A stretch of DNA of 64,000 nucleotides from Gemmatimonas sp. (GTDB lineage: Bacteria; Gemmatimonadota; Gemmatimonadetes; Gemmatimonadales; Gemmatimonadaceae). The DNA lies in the NCBI GenBank assembly GCA_031414535.1, contig JANNVQ010000007.1, positions 23,317 to 87,316 of the forward strand, given 5' to 3'. Below the pieces are notes generated by a model. The model did not search any database. It had not been told where the DNA came from and worked only from the letters and a program-made list of their open reading frames with translations. A program made the position numbers and the translations under genes. Of this stretch, positions 1-10,732 are shown one piece after another (positions within the stretch are counted from its first letter, which is position 1; each line of letters begins with the position of its first letter).

Positions 1-1
1 T

Positions 2-1651
<1,650 letters not shown>

Positions 1652-1662
1652 GTACTACACAG

Positions 1663-2499
1663 ATGCCACATCGCGCTTCCTTTCCGAAGGACCGTCTTTT
1701 TCTGATCGCCGGTCCCTGCGTCATCGAGAATGACGAGCTGTTGTTTCGCATTGCGGACCATCTCGCCAAGCTTGCTCCCAAGGTGCCGGGCGGCATCATC
1801 TTCAAGGCGAGCTTCGACAAGGCTAACCGTTCCAATGCCGGCGCATTCCGCGGCCCCGGCATCGAGGAAGGCCTGCGCACGCTCGAGCGTGTGCGGGAGC
1901 GCTCGGGACTTCCGGTGCTCACCGACGTGCATCTCCCCGAGCATTGTGCGATGGCTGCGGGATCCGTTGATGTGTTGCAGATCCCGGCTTTCCTCTGCCG
2001 TCAAACCGACTTGCTCGAAGCCGCGGGCGCCACTGGGCTGGCCGTGAACGTAAAGAAGGGTCAGTGGATGCATCCAGAGGGCATGGCGGGCGCAGTGAAG
2101 AAGGTTCACGGCGCGGAGAATCGTGCCCGCGCAGACCGCGAGCGCAACTGCGACGTGGCGGTCACAGAGCGCGGCAGCTTCTTTGGCTATGGCGACCTCG
2201 TCGTGGATATGCGCGGCTTCTCACGGATGCGTGAGGCCTGCGGCGTCCCGGTGATTTTTGACGGCACGCATTCGGTGCAGCAGCCAGGCAAGGGACAGGG
2301 CGGTGCGAGCGGTGGACTGCGCGAACACATCCCCGCGCTTACCTACGCGGCCTGTGCCGCGGGCGCCGACGGTCTCTTCCTAGAGACGCATCCGGACCCC
2401 GACAACGCGCCAAGCGACGGACCGAACATGCTACCCCTCCACCAACTCGACCCCGTGGTGATGAAGGCCGTTGCGATGTGGGAACTGGCCCGAGGATGA
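1663..2499 (+). CDS. kdsA: KDO 8-phosphate synthase
   Basis: IAGPCVIE, FKASFDKANRS, QIPAFLCRQTDLL, DGTHSVQQPG, SDGPNM motifs. Confidence 0.97.
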   Translation: MPHRASFPKDRLFLIAGPCVIENDELLFRIADHLAKLAPKVPGGIIFKASFDKANRSNAGAFRGPGIEEGLRTLERVRERSGLPVLTDVHLPEHCAMAAGSVDVLQIPAFLCRQTDLLEAAGATGLAVNVKKGQWMHPEGMAGAVKKVHGAENRARADRERNCDVAVTERGSFFGYGDLVVDMRGFSRMREACGVPVIFDGTHSVQQPGKGQGGASGGLREHIPALTYAACAAGADGLFLETHPDPDNAPSDGPNMLPLHQLDPVVMKAVAMWELARG

Positions 2500-3089
2500 T
2501 TCTCAACCTCGTGAGTCCGCAGGGGCCCTCGGGCCCCCAACTGGACGCCGCAACGGCGGCCCGCATTCGGCTCGTCTGTTTTGACGTGGACGGGGTACTC
2601 ACCGACGGCGGCCTCTACCTCGGCGACGCGGCGGGCGCGCGTGTGGAACTCAAGCGGTACAACATCCAGGACGGACTGGGCATCAAGATGCTCCAGCAGG
2701 CTGGCCTCACCACTGCCATCATCACGGGGCGCGAATCGGAGAGCGTGGCCTTACGGGCCAAGGAACTGGAGATCGACGAACTCGTACAGGACAACCAAGC
2801 GCGAAAAGTGCCCGCGCTGCGAAAGATGCTCGAACGCTTGGGGCTCGATTGGTCGGAGGTGGCCTTCGTCGGAGACGACGTGCCCGACCTCGGCTGCATG
2901 CGTCTCGTTGGCCTGCCCGTGGCCGTAGGCAATGCCAGCGACGAGGCCAAGCACGCGGCCCGCATCGTGATGGACGCCGATGGCGGCCACGGAGCCGTCC
3001 GCGAGTTTTGCGAGTTGTTGCTTCGGGCCCGCGGCGACTGGGACGCCCAAGTCGAGAAGTTCGTGCTCAGCCGCGCGGAAGAGCGATGA
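2496..3089 (+). CDS. kdsC: KDO 8-phosphate phosphatase (HAD family)
   Basis: FDVDGVLTDG, IITGR, FVGDDVPD, GGHGAVRE; ATGA overlap with the kdsA stop. Confidence 0.95.
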   Translation: MILNLVSPQGPSGPQLDAATAARIRLVCFDVDGVLTDGGLYLGDAAGARVELKRYNIQDGLGIKMLQQAGLTTAIITGRESESVALRAKELEIDELVQDNQARKVPALRKMLERLGLDWSEVAFVGDDVPDLGCMRLVGLPVAVGNASDEAKHAARIVMDADGGHGAVREFCELLLRARGDWDAQVEKFVLSRAEER

Positions 3090-4054
3090 GCGAGACCGAT
3101 CGCATTATCGCGCGGGGCAGGCGCGTGCTCGAACTTGAGCGCGATGTCGTGAGCGAAGCAGCCGTGCGCCTCGACGCGTCCTTCGCCGACGCCGTGCAAC
3201 TCATCAAGCAGGCCAAAGGCCGCGTGATCGTCGCGGGCATCGGGAAGAGCGGACTGATTGCGCGAAAAATTGCCGCGACGATGACCTCCACCGGGACCCC
3301 AGCGTACTTCCTGCACCCCACCGAGAGCGTGCACGGTGACCTCGGCATCGTCACGCACGATGATGTGGGCCTCTTGCTCTCCAAGAGCGGCGAAACGACG
3401 GAGCTCTTGCCGCTGCTCGAGCAATTGACCCGACTCGGGGTGCCCTGTATCGCCATCACCGGCAACAAGGACTCGGCTCTCGCCCGCAATAGCCGCGTCT
3501 CGCTCGACGGCTACGTGCGCGAGGAGGCCTGCCCACACGATTTGGCGCCCACCACCAGCACCACCCTCGCCCTCGCGTTGGGCGATGCCTTGGCAGTGGC
3601 CTTGCTCGAAGAGAAGGGATTCAAGCGCGAGGATTTCGCGAAGTTCCATCCCGGCGGCTCGCTCGGCAAAAAGCTGTTGCTACGCGTGCGTGATGTGATG
3701 ATTGCCGAGCCGCTCCCCGTGTTGAGGCCCGACGCGCACCTGCGCGAGGCCATTGTCGTATTGGCCAAGCAGCGCGGCCTAGGCCTCTTGCTCGATGGCG
3801 CTGGCCGTATGGCCGGTGTGTTCACCACGGGGGATCTCACGCGCGCCATGCAACGCGAGGGTGACGTGATGAGCATCCGCGTTGCTGATGTCATGACGCG
3901 TGCACCGAAGACGGTCGGTGCTGACGAACTGGGTTCGGCTGCCGTGCACATCATGGAGCAGTGCGGCATCATTGCCTTGCCGGCCTTGGAGAAGGACGGT
4001 CGAGTGGCCGGCGTCGTTCACCTGCATGACTTGATGCGTGCCGGAGCTGCCTGA
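3086..4054 (+). CDS. kdsD: Arabinose-5-phosphate isomerase (KpsF/GutQ, SIS + CBS domains)
   Basis: GIGKSGLIARKIAAT, HGDLG, EACPHDLAPTTST, FHPGGSLG; start placed at the ATG overlapping the kdsC stop. Confidence 0.95.
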   Translation: MSETDRIIARGRRVLELERDVVSEAAVRLDASFADAVQLIKQAKGRVIVAGIGKSGLIARKIAATMTSTGTPAYFLHPTESVHGDLGIVTHDDVGLLLSKSGETTELLPLLEQLTRLGVPCIAITGNKDSALARNSRVSLDGYVREEACPHDLAPTTSTTLALALGDALAVALLEEKGFKREDFAKFHPGGSLGKKLLLRVRDVMIAEPLPVLRPDAHLREAIVVLAKQRGLGLLLDGAGRMAGVFTTGDLTRAMQREGDVMSIRVADVMTRAPKTVGADELGSAAVHIMEQCGIIALPALEKDGRVAGVVHLHDLMRAGAA

Positions 4055-4602
4055 TGAGACATCTCGTATTGTTGCTTGCCGCTGGAGTCATTGGGGCGGC
4101 CTGCTCCGATGTCACGAAGGAGCTGAATACGGTGGCCGATGGCTCGATGCTGGATTCCGCCGACCAGGTGGCCTTCAACTCCCGCACGGTGTTGACCGAC
4201 GCGGGACTCCTGCGCGCCGAGATCTTTGCGGACACGACGCTCTTCCTGAATCAGAACACGCGCATCTCCATGCGGGTCGTGCAGGGCGTGTTCTTCTCCG
4301 CTACCGGCTCACGCGATGCGACCGTCACGGCAAATCGCGCGCAATACGATACCCGGGCTTCCGTGCTCGAGGCCTATGGCAATGTGATCGTCACTTCGGT
4401 GGATGGTCGCGTGCTCAAGTCGCCCATGCTGAGGTTTGAGTCAAGCCAGAACCAGATCATGTCGGATTCCGCCTTCGTGATGACCGAACCCGACGGCAAG
4501 GAATTGCGTGGCGTGGGCTTCCGTGCCGATCCCAACCTCGATGTCGTCACCGTGCTCCGCTTGGACCGCGGCCGTGGTGGCGCGGTGCGTCTAAACCAGT
4601 GA
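4054..4602 (+). CDS. lptC: LPS export periplasmic protein LptC
   Basis: Sits between kdsD and lptA/lptB; beta-jellyroll-like sequence (LEAYGNVIVTS, LRGVGFRADPNL); N-terminal lipobox-like GAAC. Confidence 0.8.
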   Translation: MRHLVLLLAAGVIGAACSDVTKELNTVADGSMLDSADQVAFNSRTVLTDAGLLRAEIFADTTLFLNQNTRISMRVVQGVFFSATGSRDATVTANRAQYDTRASVLEAYGNVIVTSVDGRVLKSPMLRFESSQNQIMSDSAFVMTEPDGKELRGVGFRADPNLDVVTVLRLDRGRGGAVRLNQ

Positions 4603-5957
4603 TGCGCATCGGGCGCACCCTCGTGCTCGCCCTCACCGTCGCCGCAGCGGCGGCGGAGGCGGAGGCTCAGGATTCGCGCCCGTGCCTGATTGTCATCAGC
4701 GGCCTCGAAAGCGGTCCTCGCATAACACGCATGACCTCGGTGGTGACGGGGACGGGCGCGCGCAACACATTCATCGGCGGGGCCGTGGACGCCACCTGCG
4801 AAGGGCAGGGCAATCGTCTGCTGGCAGACAGCGCCGAGCATTTTACCGACCAGGGTCTGATGATCCTGTACCACAACGTGCGATACTCTGAGCCGCGGGT
4901 GAACATCACCTCCGACCGGATGACCTACTATACCAACGAAGAGCGCCTAGTCGCCGAGGGCAACGTGCGCGGGCGCACTTCCTCAGGCACGCGTTTCTCG
5001 GGCCCGCGCATGGAGTACTTTCGCGCCAAGCCCGGACTTCGTGCCGAAAACAGTTGGATTGCCACGGGACGTCCCACCGTGCGCCTGAGCCCCACTGAGG
5101 GCAATGCGAACGCCACGGCCACGGCCGATTCAACGGACCTCACCGCGAACGTGGTGCGCTCCCAGAACGACTCGTTGCTGTGGGCCAGCGGCGGAGTGAT
5201 ACTGGACCGGTTAGACATGCGCGCCACATCCGACTCGGCGACGGTTGATAACGGACGAGAGTATGTGCGACTACTGCGCGACCCGCGCATAGTGGGAAAG
5301 GGAGAGCGTCCGTTCACGCTGGAAGGTGTCATCATTGACGCTTGGTCTAGCGACCGTGAACTACAACGCGTGCTGGCCCTCGGTGAAGCCGAGGCCCTGA
5401 GCGACTCGATGACGCTCACCAGCGACACTATTGACCTGCGCTTCAGTGAACAGAAGATCAGCCGCATTTTCTCTTGGGGCACCCGCGCGAAGGCCGTATC
5501 GCCGCAGCAAACCATGGAAGCCGATTCGATGGACGTGCGGATGCCGGGGCAAAAGCTGGAGCGCGTGCACGCCATTGGACGAGCCGTGGCGCTCTCGCAG
5601 CCAGACACGAGCAAGTTCGCATCCACCGAGCGCGACTGGATCACCGGTGACACTCTGCGCGCGGCGTTCGAGACGCTGCCCGCGAGCCCAAGCGACTCAT
5701 CCGAGCGATCAGTGATGAAAGAAGTGCTGTCCATTGGAAACTCCCGCGCGTTCTATCAAGGAGCCTCTCCGGGCGGCGTCCGAGGCGCACCGACCTTGAG
5801 CTACAACCGAGGACATCAGATTACCGTGCTGTTTTCCGAAGGATCGATGAGTTCCGTGAAAATTCTCGACCAAGCCTCGGGGCTTTATCTCGAGCCCATG
5901 ACCCAAGACAGCGTTCGCACCCCCGCGCAGCAACCGAATCGCGGGAGGCGTCCGTGA
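4602..5957 (+). CDS. LptA/OstA-like periplasmic LPS transport protein (long, multi-jellyroll)
   Basis: Signal peptide; repeated OstA-type strands (LLADSA, AEGNVR, ITGDTL); located between lptC and lptB. Confidence 0.75.
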   Translation: MRIGRTLVLALTVAAAAAEAEAQDSRPCLIVISGLESGPRITRMTSVVTGTGARNTFIGGAVDATCEGQGNRLLADSAEHFTDQGLMILYHNVRYSEPRVNITSDRMTYYTNEERLVAEGNVRGRTSSGTRFSGPRMEYFRAKPGLRAENSWIATGRPTVRLSPTEGNANATATADSTDLTANVVRSQNDSLLWASGGVILDRLDMRATSDSATVDNGREYVRLLRDPRIVGKGERPFTLEGVIIDAWSSDRELQRVLALGEAEALSDSMTLTSDTIDLRFSEQKISRIFSWGTRAKAVSPQQTMEADSMDVRMPGQKLERVHAIGRAVALSQPDTSKFASTERDWITGDTLRAAFETLPASPSDSSERSVMKEVLSIGNSRAFYQGASPGGVRGAPTLSYNRGHQITVLFSEGSMSSVKILDQASGLYLEPMTQDSVRTPAQQPNRGRRP

Positions 5958-7120
5958 GTTTTACGGAGTTGGTTCGCCAGCTCACGGCCGGCGACCGTTC
6001 AGATGCCCTGTGTCTCTTGGCCTTGGCTCAGGCGGCGGACGACCAAGGCTCGGCCGCGTTCCATGACGTCATGGTTGCTTACCGCAACGACTACCTGCAC
6101 ACCCTCGAGATGGAGGGGCGCGACCTAGCCGCCGAGTCGGGCAGGTTGAGCTTGGACGAGGTGCGCCGCCATTTGGCGGCCGTGGTGCTTCCGCGCTTGG
6201 TGGCCACAGGGGCGATTGAGGCGCCTGGCGGAACCGAAGGGCGCATCACGCTCGCGGGAGATGCCTCGATTGCCTTTCGCAGCGACCGCGCGGCGTTTCA
6301 GGCATCGCTCCAGGAAACCGGCGAGCACGCCAGCGCCCACGTCCGAAAGGCGCCACCCGTCGTTGGCGGTTCGGTGCTCTCGTCGGCTGGCCTCGTGAAG
6401 ACCTACAAGAAGCGCAACGTGGTCAGCAATGTTTCGCTCGAGCTTCATCAGGGCGAAATTGTCGGCCTGCTTGGCCCCAATGGCGCGGGCAAAACCACAA
6501 CGTTTTATATGATGGCGGGTCTCATTCCGCCGGACCAAGGACAGATCCTCCTCGACGGCGTCGACATCACGCGCATGCCGATGTTCCAGCGGGCGCGTCG
6601 TGGCATTGGCTACCTCTCGCAGGAGCCCTCCATTTTTCGCAAGCTCTCGGTAGAGGAGAACATCCTCGCCATTTTGGAGACCTTGCCCATTCCGAGGCAG
6701 GAGCGCGAACAGCGCCTCGAGAACTTGTTGGACGAACTCAAGATTAAGCATTTGCGCCTGAGCAAGGCCTTTGCGCTCTCCGGCGGCGAGCGTCGGCGCC
6801 TCGAGATCACGCGCGCGCTGGTGACTCAGCCGAAGTTCATCATGCTCGACGAACCCTTCGCCGGCGTTGACCCCATTGCCGTCAACGACATTCAGGGCAT
6901 CGTCGCCTCGCTGCGTGAGCGCGGGATTGGCGTGCTCATCTCTGACCATAATGTCGAGCAGACCCTCGACATCGTGGACCGTGCATACATTATGTTCGAG
7001 GGGCAGGTGAAGGTCGCGGGTCCGGTGCGCGAACTCATCTTTGACGACACGGTGTCTACCGTGTACTTCGGCCCGACGCTCACGGCGCGTCTGCGCGCCC
7101 GCTTCACGGATGGCGTGTGA
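5954..7120 (+). CDS. lptB: LPS export ABC ATPase LptB with ~140-aa N-terminal extension
   Basis: GLLGPNGAGKTTTFYM, YLSQEPSIFRKLSVEEN, LSGGERRRLEI, LDEPFAGVDP; SD GGGAGG at 5943-5948 before the GTG. Confidence 0.93.
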   Translation: MSFTELVRQLTAGDRSDALCLLALAQAADDQGSAAFHDVMVAYRNDYLHTLEMEGRDLAAESGRLSLDEVRRHLAAVVLPRLVATGAIEAPGGTEGRITLAGDASIAFRSDRAAFQASLQETGEHASAHVRKAPPVVGGSVLSSAGLVKTYKKRNVVSNVSLELHQGEIVGLLGPNGAGKTTTFYMMAGLIPPDQGQILLDGVDITRMPMFQRARRGIGYLSQEPSIFRKLSVEENILAILETLPIPRQEREQRLENLLDELKIKHLRLSKAFALSGGERRRLEITRALVTQPKFIMLDEPFAGVDPIAVNDIQGIVASLRERGIGVLISDHNVEQTLDIVDRAYIMFEGQVKVAGPVRELIFDDTVSTVYFGPTLTARLRARFTDGV

Positions 7121-8607
7121 AAGGGAGCATGCAGCAGTCCGCTCGGCTCGGTCAGGAGATGCGGGCAAACCCGCGCCTGTATCAGGCGATGGACATGCTG
7201 TACATGCCCCTCCTCGATCTGCAGCAGCACCTCAAACAGGAACTACTGCAGAATCCCTTTCTCGAGATGATGGAAGAGGAAGACGATGAGATTGCCGAGA
7301 GCGCCAGCGTCGAACTCGAGCAGGAGAAGAGCGTAGATCACGAGGCGCCCGAGGAAGGCCTCCCGAAGGAAGAGCGCGAGGACGACTCGCGCTGGGAGGA
7401 GATTCTCCTCGATGGCATGGAGTCCGGCGGCATGCCGGAGCCTGCCGACGATCGAGAGCCCTACGAGCGGGTCACCGTCGAGTCGCGAGGCCTCGACGAC
7501 CATCTGCGCGACCAGATTGCGCTGCTCGACCTCTCCCAGCGTGACCGCCTCCTGGCCGAAGAGTTTATCGGCAACATCAACGAGGAGGGGTACCTCGCCG
7601 CTTCGCTCGAGGAGATCCTGCGTGGCATCAATGAGGTCATCGTGCGGGCGGCCGAGACCGAGGAAGACGAGCGCGAGATTCCGCTCTTCGACCACGGTGA
7701 TGCGCTGCGGATGTTGGCCGTGATGCAGGCGCTTGACCCCGCGGGCATCGCGGCGCGGGATTTAAAGGAATGTCTGATCCTTCAGTTGCCAGCGGCGGAC
7801 CTCACCGGCTCGCTCGCCGAGCGGATTGTCCATGAGGCGTTCCCAGAGCTCATCGGCCACAAGTGGGTGGACATCTCGCGCAAGCTGAGTTGCACACCCG
7901 GAGAAGCGCAGACGGCGGCGGACGCGTTGGCGCGACTGAATCCCAAGCCGGGGAGGGCCTTCAGCGACAGCGGCGGCAACTATATCGTGCCAGATCTCAT
8001 CGTGGACAACATTGACGGTGAATACCTGGTCTTCACCAACGATCACAATCTCCCGCGCCTCCGCCTCTCCAAGTCGTATCAGGACATCGCCCGCGACAAA
8101 AAGCGCTTCGACGCGGAGCACAAGGAGTTCATCACCAGCCGCCTGAGTGCTGCGCAGTGGCTCATTCAGGCCATCGAGCAGCGTCGTCAGACCATGCTCA
8201 AGGTCATGCACTTCATCGTGGACCGGCAGCGCGACTTTTTTGAGAAGGGCGTTCAGGGTTTGAAGCCGCTGACCCTGCGTGAAGTCGCCGACGGCATCGG
8301 GATGCACGAGTCCACCATCTCGCGCGTGACCAACGAGAAGTTCGCGCAGACACCGCGTGGGGTGCTGCCGCTCAAGTTCTTTTTCTCATCCGGCCTCAAG
8401 AGCACGGATGGCGAAGACGTCTCGGCGCGCGGCATCAAGGCGACGCTGCAGAAACTCGTCAGCGGCGAGGATCCACGGAATCCGCTCACCGACGACGCCA
8501 TCGTGAAGTTGCTGGGCAAAGATGGACTCAAGATTGCGCGCCGAACCGTTGCGAAGTATCGCGACGAACTCGGCATTCTCAAGGCCCAGATGCGCAAGCG
8601 CCTCTGA
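7117..8607 (+). CDS. rpoN: RNA polymerase sigma-54 factor
   Basis: NPFLE, HESTISRVT helix-turn-helix, RpoN box ARRTVAKYR. Confidence 0.98.
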   Translation: MKGSMQQSARLGQEMRANPRLYQAMDMLYMPLLDLQQHLKQELLQNPFLEMMEEEDDEIAESASVELEQEKSVDHEAPEEGLPKEEREDDSRWEEILLDGMESGGMPEPADDREPYERVTVESRGLDDHLRDQIALLDLSQRDRLLAEEFIGNINEEGYLAASLEEILRGINEVIVRAAETEEDEREIPLFDHGDALRMLAVMQALDPAGIAARDLKECLILQLPAADLTGSLAERIVHEAFPELIGHKWVDISRKLSCTPGEAQTAADALARLNPKPGRAFSDSGGNYIVPDLIVDNIDGEYLVFTNDHNLPRLRLSKSYQDIARDKKRFDAEHKEFITSRLSAAQWLIQAIEQRRQTMLKVMHFIVDRQRDFFEKGVQGLKPLTLREVADGIGMHESTISRVTNEKFAQTPRGVLPLKFFFSSGLKSTDGEDVSARGIKATLQKLVSGEDPRNPLTDDAIVKLLGKDGLKIARRTVAKYRDELGILKAQMRKRL

Positions 8608-8615
8608 TCTCCCAC

Positions 8616-9566
8616 ATGAACGCACTTACCGCTCTCCCGCAGGTCTCCGTGCTCGTGCCCGCCAAGGACGAGGCCGAGAATCTGCCGACCTTCCTTGAAC
8701 TCTGCGACGCGATGATCAAGACGGCCACCGTGCCGTACGAGGTCATCATCGTGGACGACGGCTCTACCGACGCGACGCCCCGACTGTTGGAGTCACTCAA
8801 GGCCAAGTATCCGTGGCTGCACACGGAACGGCATCGCGCGCAGCGGGGCATCGCAGACGCGCTGCGCACGGGATACCTCGCGGCCCGCAGCGACATTCTC
8901 GTGTTCTATCCTGCCGACCTCCAGTTCAAGCCCGAGGACATCCCGCGGCTCGTGCAGCCCATTCTCGATGGGCAGTCGGATATGGTCACAGGCTTCAAGC
9001 AGGGTCATTACGAGAAAGCTTTTGTGTCGCGCATCTACAACGGACTCTCGCGCTCGCTCTTTGACGTACCCGTGCGCGACCTCAACAATGTGAAGGCGTA
9101 TCGTCGCGAGATTATGGCCGACCAGCCAGTGCGCCCAGACTGGCATCGCTACATGATTGTGCTCGCCCACGCACAGGGCTACGCCGTGACCGAGACGCCC
9201 ATTCCGTTGTATCCGCGCACGGCGGGCAAGTCGAAGTTCGGCCTGAGTCGCATCCCCATCGGTGTGCTCGACATGCTCGCCGTGTGGTTCGAACTACGAT
9301 TCGGCCAGAAGCCGCTGCTCGCCTTCGGCATGCTTGGTGCGGCGCTCTTTGCTATTGGGGTGATCTCGGGCCTCGTGGCCTTGGGCATGCTCGTGTTTCA
9401 AGGCATCGGACTTCGTTGGATCTGGACGCTCATCCAGACCTGTCTCTTGCTGGGCTCCATCTTCTTCTCCACCGGTTTGCTCGGGGAGCAGGTGGCTGTC
9501 ACGCGCGCGGAGCAACGAGAGATTCGACGCCGTCTCGACGCCCTCCGCCCCGACGCGGAGCGATGA
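8616..9566 (+). CDS. GT2 glycosyltransferase (ArnC/GtrB-like, polyprenyl-phosphate acceptor) with C-terminal TM helices
   Basis: VSVLVPAKDE, VDDGSTD, ADLQ, RTAGKSKF, two hydrophobic C-terminal segments. Confidence 0.85.
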   Translation: MNALTALPQVSVLVPAKDEAENLPTFLELCDAMIKTATVPYEVIIVDDGSTDATPRLLESLKAKYPWLHTERHRAQRGIADALRTGYLAARSDILVFYPADLQFKPEDIPRLVQPILDGQSDMVTGFKQGHYEKAFVSRIYNGLSRSLFDVPVRDLNNVKAYRREIMADQPVRPDWHRYMIVLAHAQGYAVTETPIPLYPRTAGKSKFGLSRIPIGVLDMLAVWFELRFGQKPLLAFGMLGAALFAIGVISGLVALGMLVFQGIGLRWIWTLIQTCLLLGSIFFSTGLLGEQVAVTRAEQREIRRRLDALRPDAER

Positions 9567-10732
9567 CAGCACGTCGCGTCCTCTTCGTCACGCACGCCTA
9601 CCCGCGATACGCGACGGACGGCGCAGGATCGTTTCTGCATCGCCTGGCTCTCGGGCTGACGGCCGCGGGCTGCGAAGTCCGCGTGCTCGCTCCGAGCGGG
9701 CCGAAGCTTCCACCCGCTGAGAATCTCGAGGGCATTGAAATCCGGAGGTTTCGGTACGCGCCCTCGGGAATGGAATCGCTAGCCTATACGGGCACGATGG
9801 CCGAGCAGGTGCTGGGCTCCCTGAGTGGGAAGGGCGCACTCTTGGGCATGCTCACGGCGGGCACGATGGCCGTACGTCGTGCAATCAACGACTTCGAGCC
9901 GGACGTTCTCCACGCGCACTGGTGGTTCCCAGCTGGGCTCCTCGCGCTTGGCGCGGATAGTAGCGTCCCGCTTGTCACCACCCTGCACGGCTCTGACGTC
10001 CGGCTGGCGCGCAGGGTCAAGCTCGTGCATCCCTTGTTTCGAAAGGTGATGTCAAGGTCGCAACTGGTGACCGCCGTCTCGGGATGGTTGGCGGGCGAAG
10101 CGCGCGCCATGGCTCCCGAGTCCTCCATTCGCGTTGCGCCGATGCCGGTGGACACGACATCGTTTGTCGCGTTGCCGACCGAGCGCATTCCCGGCCGCTT
10201 TCTCTTTGTGGGTCGGCTGAACGAGCAGAAGGGTTTGCGTGGCCTGCTCGACGCGCTGGCTTGGTGCCCTCCCGACCTCACGCTGGACGTTGTGGGTGAG
10301 GGCGAGGACCGCGCGGCGCTGCGTGCGCATGCGCAATCGCTCGGGCTCACGACCCGCGTCAACTGGATGGGACAGCTGGAACGTGCTCCGCTCGCGGGGC
10401 TGTATCGGCGTTCGCAGGCCGTGGTGATGCCTTCCGTACACGAAGGACTTGGGCTCGTCGCCGTCGAGGCCCAACTCTCGCGCACGCCCGTGATTGCGTA
10501 TCGCTCGGGCGGATTGCCTGACGTGGTGGATCCGAAGTGGGGCGGTATGCTCGTGCCGGCCCTCGATACGCGCGCGCTGGCCGATGCGATGACGCGTGTA
10601 CATACATACGCAGCGGGTGTCGAGTCTTGGGGGGCTGCCGCGCGGGCCGTAATGTTGGATCGGTTTGCGCCCACGATTGTGGCAGCGGGCTACCAGGCGC
10701 TCTACCGCGAAGCCTTGGCGCAGCGTGACTGA
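9563..10732 (+). CDS. GT4 glycosyltransferase
   Basis: LHAHWWFPAG, TTLHGSDV, FVGRLNEQKG, EGLGLVAVEA (EX7E motif). Confidence 0.9.
   Translation: MTARRVLFVTHAYPRYATDGAGSFLHRLALGLTAAGCEVRVLAPSGPKLPPAENLEGIEIRRFRYAPSGMESLAYTGTMAEQVLGSLSGKGALLGMLTAGTMAVRRAINDFEPDVLHAHWWFPAGLLALGADSSVPLVTTLHGSDVRLARRVKLVHPLFRKVMSRSQLVTAVSGWLAGEARAMAPESSIRVAPMPVDTTSFVALPTERIPGRFLFVGRLNEQKGLRGLLDALAWCPPDLTLDVVGEGEDRAALRAHAQSLGLTTRVNWMGQLERAPLAGLYRRSQAVVMPSVHEGLGLVAVEAQLSRTPVIAYRSGGLPDVVDPKWGGMLVPALDTRALADAMTRVHTYAAGVESWGAAARAVMLDRFAPTIVAAGYQALYREALAQRD

Noticed and set aside
9563..10732. GT4 as bshA, given bshC in the window
   Set aside because: TTLHGSD is shared by many GT4 enzymes; it lacks the BshA-like HYAIPH segment and sits in a surface-glycan cluster.
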